From positions 59,396,001-59,460,000 of the forward strand of contig NC_135659.1 in assembly GCF_964188315.1 (NCBI RefSeq): DNA of 64,000 bases. The letters are read 5' to 3'. Below the pieces are notes generated by a model. That model saw only the letters and a program-made list of their open reading frames with translations. It searched no databases and was not told the DNA's origin. The DNA is from Podarcis muralis. Lineage: Eukaryota. Positions 54,520 through 64,000 of the stretch are shown here, in pieces. Numbering within the stretch: position 1 is the stretch's first letter; each line of letters begins with the position of its first letter. Both the position numbers and the translations under genes were made by a program.

Positions 54520-57500
54520 GACTACGCTGATAATCCTTTTAACACTGGGGGCGAGGGACGATCTCCAGATCTTGTTGGACTACAACTTCTATCATCTCTG
54601 ACCATTGACCATGCTGACTGGGGCTGCTGGGAGTTGGAATCCAACAATATCTGGATGTCCACAGGTTCCCCCGCCCTGTTTTAAGATCTGACCTCCCCAC
54701 CCCACCCCACTGCCTTTCTTCCACCCAGTCCTATTCCTCCCATTAACATTTTGGGCTGGTTTGCCCCTTCCTTATAGGTTTCGTGTGGAGGGGTAGCCCC
54801 CTCTCTCTTTTAGAGCCCCTCACTTAGAATTCTCCACATCAAGTGATTAAAAGGGGTAGTTCTGCACCTCAGGATCAATGCAATCAGATGGCAGTTGAAC
54901 ACACATCTACTTTGAAGCAAGTCCTTAAAAAACTTAATGGGGCCTACTTTTGGGGAGACATGTATAGTATATACATTTAAAGCACATTCCTCCCACCTAG
55001 AAAATCCTGGAACTCTAGTTTACCGCCGAGAGAGCTACAAATCCCAGGGCAAACGACAGTTCCTGGGGTTATGGGGTGTGTGCTTTAAATGTGTTTTAAT
55101 TGTATGGTGTGTGTATACAGTCTGTGTGTCTAGCGCACGTGTTTTCTTAGGGCACGTGGGAGGAACTTGTGCTCCTCCAGGTGCTATTGGACTCCACCTC
55201 CCATCACTCCCAGGCAGCATAGCCAATGGATAGGGATTATGGGGGCTGTAGTACAGCCACATTTGCTAAGCCACAGGTGTCCCACCTCTGCTTTAGGAGA
55301 TTAGATTCATGGACAGTAGGTCTGTCAATAGAACCTCCATGTACAGTATGCAACTGAATACCAATTCCTGGCAGGGCTGCAACAGCAGGGGAGGGCTATT
55401 GCCTCCATATCCTTGACACAGGTGTCGTATAACAATACTACATATTATTATTAGCACCATCTTAGGTAATGCCAGACAGCTCTTATTTATGGAACGTTTC
55501 TTCACAGCAATCTCAAGATGTGTTGGTCCCACCTACAGACTTCCAGAGCATCTGCAATTATTAGCATGGTGCTGATAGCATACCTCTGATCTCTTCAAAG
55601 AGACAAATTCATGTCCCATCCAATACAGTCCTGTCATCTCTTTAACACACACAAGAGCGCCAGCAGCCTTTGCGGGTGCAATCACATCAGAAGTCCTACC
55701 TCTTTTCTGGGGCAATGAGGGTTAATTTATTTCAGCACTTTTATTTTCGGAAATATTTAATGCTCAGACATGCAAACAGTTTCTCTTCCTTCAAAACTAA
55801 TAATAACCCATTTCCACTGGCAGCTTCAGACCCAAGGATCCCTGAGAGTTCTTGCAATATGCGCAAGTGTCATGATGAAGATGCTTATTAATTATTTTCC
55901 CCGTTGTTGTTGTTTTTTTAAACAACAAACCTAGGAGCACCAGCACCCAAGAAAACCCACAAAAAATAATTTAATATATGGATTCATGCACACATTTAAT
56001 ATTGTCTCTGTCCCTGCAATTTTGCATTGCTCTACTTATCACAAATCATGAAGGTAAACTATTCAGGGCCTGCCAAGCAACCTGCAGCACTATGAGGTAG
56101 GATAGATGAAGGCAAAAACTGGTATCTTCATAGTGTGGTCCGGGCTGGGCTGGCATGTGGGCTTCCTTCAGGTAGAAAAATGTCTTTGGCCCCACTGCAT
56201 CTATGTCCATTTGACTGGCCTTGTGATTTTCATGGTCGCTTGATCTCAAGAGAAAAGGAAAAGGGGGAAATGGCAAGTATTCAGTGAAAATGGCTAGGAG
56301 TGCTCCAAAGGGTGTCCTTCAGTGGGAATCTTCCAATTTGATGCTTCTGCTTTGAACCACAAGCACAGAAGAACAATGCCATTCTCCATCATGCATTTTT
56401 ACATTTTTCTAAGTTGATGAACATATAACGCTCACATTGAAAAGTGGTGCCGTGGCCAAGATTGCATAATGTTTACACAGAAGATTAATGCAGTACATCT
56501 GTCTTGGAGGAAACAAAAAAGGTGCTCGTTTAAAGGGAGGCGTTTTTGTATTAGACAACTAGATAATAAAGTGAAATAAAGGGAGAGTATCCTTTAGTCA
56601 GAAATGTCAAAGAAACACACCCAGAACCTTTGAAATGCCTCTTGTTGTTTCCAACAAGTATTACTCTTTCATTCCCTGCTATTGCAGCCATTATCAATGG
56701 GCCTTATTTCAGGAACCTGTTGCACATCCTTTCACCAGTCTATACTGTGACCAATATTTAGTTTTCTATTTTTTCCTGGTTTACAATCAATATATCACAT
56801 GGAGGGGAAAGTCAGTTTTTCCTCCATATCATCAGTGTTCCCCATCCAAATTACTCAAGACTAACATACAACTTCCCCATTCAATTGCAAAATTAGTGAT
56901 CAGAATTTTTATTTTTTTAAGGAATATTAGGTAAAATTGTCCTTTGAAATGAAAGGCCTATGGATGCTCATCACCTACCCAAACTATTGGACACACAATC
57001 AAGGAAACAATAATTAGACAAGAGATCAGCTGGTGTTTGTAAGCATTTCTTGGTGATGATTTTGCATATGTTTGGAGGAATAATGAGCATAATTGATTAA
57101 TGATGAATTAATTCACACCACATCAGAGGAATTTGTCTAACCATCATTACCTGATGCAGCAGCCATCTCAAGCAACAATGACATGGGAAGGGAGAGGGAA
57201 GAATTATTTGTTCAGATCTGCCTGAGAGTCATTTTGCTGTCAGACAATAGCTGTGTGAAAACACATTACAAGGCTGCATGAGCATCTCTTTACGCAACAT
57301 GATGTTATGGTTGATGAGTTGGCCTGTTTATTTTTGTAGGATTAAATAAGGATCCTCAGTGAGCTGGATGCTCAGAGACTTCGCCTCCCATTTACAAAGC
57401 TTTTGTTTCAGTTTGATTCAGGTTTGCTACTGGTTTCTTCCAGGCCTAACATTCCTGCATCAATTGTTAATGGGCAGAGTATAATGATCTTTTTAATAAA

Positions 57501-57949
57501 TATTTCTATCCAGGACTGGGTTACATATTAGGGTAGTCTAAATACTTTGCAGACCAGGGCCCTTGGGCCCCTGCAATTTGGCAAGGGGCGGACTTCAGTG
57601 GTCTAATTAGCATTTCTTAATGTAGAAAGTCAGCCTGTCTTGCTCTATGCCTTCAATTTGAAAAATGCAAAAGATCATATAATGTTCTAGTTCCCCTTGA
57701 GTAAAAAAAACCCAACAGGGGAGGGGTGGTAATTTTGCCAGATAAAACATTGTTTCATGCTCCTTTTTCCCTCAGTAGCAGTGAGTTTAGGGTAGCTTTG
57801 CTATCGTATTTTTCCTTTGGAGGAATAAGCTGTGGAGATTCGTGGTATCTCTGTACTAGCCAATGTACAGTATATAAATTGACCAGGCGTTAGAGGGACA
57901 CCAAAGCAAGCACACAGAATGTGCTAGTTCTGTTACAGTTCCAAAGCAG

Positions 57950-58225
57950 TCTGGTACACTTGCAAGTAGCAGGAACTGAGATAAAATTAAGGGAAATAAT
58001 AATGGGAAAAGTATAAGTATGGAAATGCAGCAGAACTTTGTTTATATAAGGAACCAGAAGAGGGTATGGAGGGAACTCTAGAGATTCAAAGAATCTCAAA
58101 GAGAAGGTTTGTGAAAACGTATCTGTATAAATCTAGATCTGGTAGAAATGTGAGTTAACTTTTGTTTTTAAATGTGAAAACATAACTGTGGAAAATTAAT
58201 AAAAAAATATTTACAAAAAAACAAC
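57950..58225 (+). mobile_element. Probable L1 3'UTR with polyA
   Basis: A-rich, resembles the 3'UTR at 13603-13803; ends AATTAATAAAAAAA..CAAAAAAA. Confidence 0.45.
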
Positions 58226-58378
58226 AACACACAAAGCAGTCTGAGATTGAACAATATTCTCCTCGTTTTAGGAACCTATTAGCAGAGCCTCCAAGTGTCC
58301 CTATTTTCCAGGGATGTCCCTGATTTAGAGAAGCCATCCCAGTTTCTTATTTGATCCCGGAATGTCCTGCTTTTCCTT

Positions 58379-58670
58379 AAAAAGGTAAAGGTACCCCTGC
58401 CCGTACGGGCCAGTCTTGACAGACTCTAGGGTTGTGCGCCCATCTCACTCAAGAGGCCGGGGGCCAGCGCTGTCCGGAGACACTTCCAGGTCACGTGGCC
58501 AGCGTGACATCGCTGCTCTGGCGAGCCAGAGCCGCACACGGAAACGCCGTTTACCTTCCCACTAGAAAGCGGTCCCTATTTATCTACTTGCACCCGGGGG
58601 TGCTTTCGAACTGCTAGGTTGGCAGGCGCTGGGACCGAGCGAAGGGAGCGCACCCCGCCGCGGGGATTCG
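58379..58670 (-). mobile_element. Sauria SINE (distinct CpG-rich subfamily), 5'-truncated, inside a hAT-like MITE
   Basis: AAGGTAAAGGTACCCCTG...GGAAACGCCGTTTACCTTCCC...GCGGGGATTCG. The MITE halves CCTCCAAGTGTCCCTATTTTCC (58288-58378) and TGTCCCTATT..ATGTTGGAAGGTA (58671-58709) flank it. Confidence 0.92.
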
Positions 58671-59389
58671 CTGTCCCTATTCTCACTGGAGAAATGTTGG
58701 AAGGTACAGAGTTATCCAACCCCCGAACTGTCTGAAGGCAATCCTGTGTAGGGAAGGGGTTTTTTAAATGCTTAATGTTTCATTACGTTTTTATGTCTGT
58801 TGGAAGCTGCCCAGAGTGCTGGGGCAACCAAATAAGATGTGTGGGTTATAAATAGTAAAACTATCATTATCGAGTGGGAAGTCCCTATTTTCATTGGAGA
58901 AATGGAGGATTCGCATTCGTGTTTGCCTGACCAGGGTGGTTTAGGTCACCCTGGCAGATGGGTATGTGACTCACCTTCCAGAGAGGTGGACCAGCCAAAA
59001 CAGTGTCTTGTGGCTAGCAAAGTTATTATGGCCCAAGGCTCCTTGACCATTTTTGCTGCAAGAGGCCAACATGGCTACCCCTTTGGAAACTGGACCACCC
59101 AGTTGACCAATGCCCCCCCTCTTCAGTGACCATGATGCACTGAGACATGTGTGGGGAACCTTTGGCTCTTCAGGTGTGGTTGAACTGCAATTCCCAACAT
59201 CCTTGGTCACTGGCTATCCTTGCTGGGGACTGATGGGAGTTGTAGTTCAACAACATCTGGAGGTCCAAACATTACCCACCCACCTCCACTGCATGCCTAG
59301 GGAGAGAGCCATTTCTCTACTTTGCACAATAGATTTGCAGGGCTGAGTGATTGTCTGACCAGCAGGAGGAGCAAAATATTTTCTGCTCT

Positions 59390-59391
<2 letters not shown>

Positions 59392-59430
<39 letters not shown>

Positions 59431-59435
59431 ATGCA
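59392..59435. repeat. (TG)15 plus CGCGCATGCATGCA alternating purine-pyrimidine tract
   Basis: Direct reading. Confidence 0.95.
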
Positions 59436-60733
59436 GAAAGTACACACGTTGGCAGGTTGCAAGTGTTGAATTTAGCCCAGGTCCCCCATTCCTCTAATCG
59501 GCCCATTTTTCTACCTATTTTATTAAGCACACTCAGAGTAAATTTAAAGCTCTTCAGAATAAATTAAAAACAAACAAGCAGACATTGGCACGTTGCATTC
59601 TTCTCTCGCTCCCCCTCTCTGCCCCCCCCCCCCGGTGGATTGTCATCTGTTGTTTACAATCTATTTATCCTTCAAAACAAAAAGTCAGTCTACAAATAAT
59701 CACCATGTATATGAGACATGAAGGAATGATATTCAATGAGTTGGCAGTCTATCTAATACCTAATGCAGCCCAAACAGTGTGTCACTGCACAGCCATCAAA
59801 ATTATTCCTAAGTGCACCTTTCACACCGTCGCTCTGATGCACAACACAAAGCCATTTATTTCCATATCTTTTCATTGTGGCAGATTTAATGCAGACATTG
59901 AAGATATTTCTCCTTTTTATCCAGCAGTGGTTATGAGGTTTATTTCACAGATTAAATAGTTCCCTGAATAAAAGCAGGAAATGTGTCTGCTGCATTTTTG
60001 TCCTCTGGGCTTCTCTATAGCATTTTGCATTCTGCAGAACATAAATATTTAGCAGGGGTATCGGTGGTGCTGTCGATTGAAAGAAAGCTGTGCATTGGGA
60101 GAAAGAGAGAGTGAATCCTCAAAATGCAGCTTTTCTTGATACCATCATTTAAATTCTGCTTGTAATGGCAAACTGCCTAGTCATGACCCTAAGGAGAAGG
60201 AACCACATCACACTCCCTGCTACACCCAATCGACTAATATAGCCCGAAGCAGGAAGCAGAAGTTAGCTCCTTCCCCATCAGTTCTGGGTGAGATTTTCCA
60301 GTGTGCCGCATTTTTGCGAAACCTTAATTATTCCACTCCCTCTGCAGTGCTGACTCCTTTTGAAGCAGCAGAAACGGCATCTACTGATCTGTTATTTGGC
60401 AGGGAAGTGTCCACAACACAGGGTCTCATTGTTATGCTTTGCATCCATCTCTCAGCGCCACTTGTGGGAAAGCAGACCTCATAAGACTGCAAGGAACTTC
60501 CCAGTGCAGCCCTATGTCATCTGAATCTTCACAACTGCCTTAAAGAAAGGATTAGGAAGGGGATTGTTTCCAAATTCTTTCCCTGCATGGGATTGGGAAG
60601 GGGGCACTATGCCATCATTGGTTATTTAGTACGTTTATTCCCCACCTTTCCTCAAGGTGACATATTTGGTGTTTCCCTCTCCCCGGCCAATTTCACAGGA
60701 AAATCTTTGCAAAAGGCATCCCATAACCTTGTA

Positions 60734-60975
60734 CAGTGGTACCTCGGTTTACAGACACTTCAGGTTACAGGCTCTTCAGGTTACAGACTCCGCTAACCCA
60801 GAAACAGTACCTCGGGTTAAGAACTTGGCTTCAGAATGAGAACAGAAATCGCGTGCCGGCGGCACAGCGGCAGCAGGAGGCTCCATTAGCTAAAGTAGTG
60901 CCTCAGGTTAAGAACAGTTTCAGGTTAAGAACGGACCTCTGGAATGAATTAAGTTCTTAACCCAAGATACCACTG
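60734..60975. mobile_element. Tc1/mariner-type MITE
   Basis: TA-CAGTGGTACCTCGG...CAAGATACCACTG-TG; same family as 7910 and 18366. Confidence 0.92.
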
Positions 60976-61019
60976 TGCCTATCATTGTCACTTAAATAAG
61001 CACATCTACAAGACCATCT

Positions 61020-61385
61020 AACCTGTACCTTACGATCAGGGAGTAGCAGCCTGCTCCGAGTCCTGTCTGTTGGAGTGAGCGGAACAGCAACACAAGACAG
61101 GACATTCTTGGTGGTGGCACCTCACTTATGGAACTCCCTCCCAGTTGACATCTGATTGGCCCCCACCCATTCCAGCCCAGGCTAATTACATTTTTCAGTG
61201 TGCAGGTCTTTGCCTCCAAACAGCAATTAATTCTTCTGAGAGCGATACCACAGGTATTTGTCACTGTTTATCTGAGTGTGAACACGTGGTTTTATTCATG
61301 GTGTTATCATTGTATGCATTGTTTTATCTTGTTCCTGCTGTCAGCCATGCCATGCTTCTGATATAAAAATATTACAAACAAATAA
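61020..61385 (+). mobile_element. Old L2 3' fragment
   Basis: Encodes ..DRTFLVVAPHLWNSLP.. followed by a T-rich 3'UTR. Confidence 0.55.
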
Positions 61386-63292
61386 ATTATTATTTTGGGG
61401 GGATGACTTGCTGGCTATTCTTCTTCTGCAGAACTCTTATCACATACTATAGCCAGGCATGGTGGACGATGCTGTCTGGTTGTAACCTAACCCATTTATC
61501 CTGACAGTGCTTTTTCGTGGTCAACCCATTAATGACATATTCTTCAGGAATTTCTTTCCAGGGGTCTCTCTACCAACCAGCTTAGTTGTGGAGCTGATCC
61601 CCAGCCTAATATCCCCCACCCTCTTTCTCCCTTCCCCCAACCCCTTCCTTTGTCACCATTGCGGGACTTAATGATGGAGAGAAGCGTCTATTCTTCACTC
61701 CAAATGGTTGGGTGATGATATCTGCAGCCAATTTCTAGCTTCACAGAGCAGAACGATTGCTATTTAGTGCCACAAAGAGCGCTGAAAACTCAGCTCCCCA
61801 AAGGTTACGTTCAAATTGTGCAGACAATAAGGCACTTGAGTCCTTTTGCTTGGAGAACCAAGACATGTGTAAAGGAGGGCATTCCCTCTCCTGCCCAGCA
61901 CACACCGCCACAGCTCCAGAAAGAGTTAGCCTGCCTGCATGGGAGCACCATTTTCATCCTCCACCTCTGTCGCAAATCCACCTTGTGCATGTGAAATGCT
62001 TTATATGGTGAGAAACACACCCTCTACTGCAACGTCATTCCAGAGAAATCATGCCACAACTGCAGGCACGCAGTCTCACTAATGTCTATTCCCCCTTCCA
62101 TTTATGCACACACTAATCTGTTCAGGTAGCCATTCTCTGGTCTGACCCACTTTTCCCTCTGCCCCCCACAAAGAAAACCTGTCATGTGGGCCCTGAAATG
62201 TTGCCCATGAAGGAACGTGATCTGCAGGCTGAACACGTTTGGTTTGTGTTGACCAATGTCAGCTCTTCAGGGCTTCAGAGAAGAGTCTTTTGAAGTCCTG
62301 TCTGCTGATGATGATGCTATGGACCTTTTGCAAAGGAAAATGTATGTTCTGCTCCTGAACCATGTCCCCACCCTGCAGAATCTCAGGCAGTGGTTCTTCC
62401 CATTACCCCCTACCTCATCTACCATGAATGGTACGTGCCAGAGACTGACTCTGGGGCTTTCTGCAGGCAAAGCATTTGCTCAACCAGTCAATGAAAAGCA
62501 GCTCGGACTCAAATGAAAACAGCTTGGACTGAAAGTAATTAAGAGCCCACTTCATCTCCAGTGTTCTGTCACTATTGATATAAACTAGCCAAGAGTGTCC
62601 CCTTGGGCTCACCATCTATGCACTAGCTCAGAACAGCAAAGACATACCGAGCAAAATACAAGTGCAGCAGAGACAATGGGTGCTGCAACAACTCTGGAAT
62701 TCCATTCCGCTAGAAAATTTATTGCATTCACTTATAAATAAACCTAACACTGCTAAGTGCTATTTGTTTATAATTTATAAGATTAATTAAAATTGTAGGC
62801 AGAAAGAAACCACTTTCCATTTTCTACCATCGTAGCAGGTGAAGCAGTGAGTGACTCATCCTTCCAGATCCAGGTCCCCGGGGTGCACATTATTCCCCAG
62901 AAGGAAATGCACATTTGCCTTCTTTCCTGCTGTTTCCAGGACTTGTGCAAAACACTCACAAGTGCTACTTTTTAATGGACTTTGTTCTCCTGGTTTTAAC
63001 AGCTGAGCAACAGACAGAGATCAACAGGTCTATTGAGAAAGCCTCACCTGTTGGTTTCTGTTTATCGGGCAACTATTAAAATCATAAAGATCACATCCAC
63101 CCCATACATTTAAAGCACTTTTATGCCGCTTTGGAGGTTCCTGAGGGTGCTGGGAAATGTAGCTCCATTACAAACTACACTTCCCAGAATTCTAGAGAGA
63201 AGCTTTTGCTGTTAGTGGAATAAAGGTCTCCTGCTTTTTCAGCCCTCCTGAATGTTACAAACATGGAAAACTGCCTTATATTTTCTTGCCAA

Positions 63293-63440
63293 TTTCATTT
63301 ATTTAATATGTTTATATACCACTTAATACTTAAGACGGTCTAAGCAGCTGATATGCATATAACAAACAATGAAACGAAGAAACTGCAATATAATACAATG
63401 CATAAAATCCCTGCAAAACCAAAAACACACATTTTGAAAC
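63293..63440 (-). mobile_element. L2-type 3' tail fragment
   Basis: TTTATTTAATATGTTTATATACCAC..CTAAGCAGCTG resembles reversed L2 3' termini. Confidence 0.4.
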
Positions 63441-63891
63441 TCTTTAGAGTTATGGATGCCTTCCCTTTCCAGCTTTCCCCTTGCCAAGGCACATCCAGGT
63501 TCAAAGATGCAAACCCACCCACCCCGCTAATACATGCACATCACACCCAACTTCTGCCTCATATCGGCACAAATCATACGACACCTGCCTCTCACTCAGC
63601 ATCACGCATCTCATTCTGCTCCCACCCACCCACCAGTACATACAAACACATCATCTACCCAATATCTCCCCCTCGGTCACCAGCCACCATCACCAGTCAT
63701 TCCTTCCACTCAACAAGAAACGTACTGCAAAAACACCGAGAGACAATGAATCCATTCACTGACAGAACCATATAAATAGCAATACAAATTGCCACCAGTC
63801 AATCACCCACATGTACTGTTCCCGACAGCAATCTGGCTCTCACCCAGGTTACTGTCTCCCACCCAAGACTCTCACCCACAGATGGGTGGAA

Positions 63892-63892
<1 letters not shown>

Positions 63893-63932
<40 letters not shown>
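63893..63932. repeat. (CA)20 microsatellite
   Basis: Direct reading. Confidence 0.98.
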
Positions 63933-63934
<2 letters not shown>

Positions 63935-64000
63935 GCTCCTTGCTCCCATCAGAGTGCCTCAGGCAATTCAACCCACACCAGAGGAACTCCAGAATGCCCA

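Noticed and set aside
62271-62341. Plus-strand exon GFREESFEVLSADDDAMDLLQRK
   Set aside because: Moderate splice sites only, not frame-preserving and unrecognised; no partner exon could be linked.
63481-63890. Nuclear mitochondrial insertion
   Set aside because: The G-poor composition is similar, but there is no recognisable mitochondrial gene, tRNA or control-region motif.
1-64000. Prokaryotic or viral system (operon, CRISPR array, defence island, endogenous virus genes)
   Set aside because: The sequence is vertebrate repeat-rich DNA. There are no regularly spaced repeat-spacer arrays, no gene-dense region and no gag/pol/env or other viral ORF; long ORFs are all LINE-derived.

Overview
Vertebrate genomic DNA from a squamate reptile, most likely a lacertid lizard (inferred from three Sauria SINEs, Squam-type SINEs and the L2/CR1/L1/RTE and MITE families present). 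It comes from a scaffolded assembly with three N gaps. The window is non-coding, transposon-rich sequence (a long intron or intergenic region). I could not recognise any host protein-coding exon and give no gene symbol. All convincing protein-coding sequence is retrotransposon-derived: a 634-aa L2 RT frame (20373-22277, minus), a frameshifted second L2, two L1 ORF2 C-termini with CCHC knuckles, a degraded CR1 RT and an RTE C2H2 tail. There are also two solo LTRs, many hAT, Tc1/mariner and Harbinger-like MITEs, several nested insertions and microsatellites. I found no support for a new multi-gene biological system. The best leads are: an apparently bipartite (5'UTR + 3' tail) RTE-derived element, two long near-perfect hairpins (2726-2808 and 26553-26614, the latter inside a template-switch-like rearrangement), an OC1-like hAT MITE, a candidate symmetrical exon straddling an assembly gap, and TE-free motif-dense stretches that may be enhancers. 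Family names are assigned from remembered consensus features and need alignment to Dfam/Repbase. TE boundaries without a TSD or TIR are approximate.
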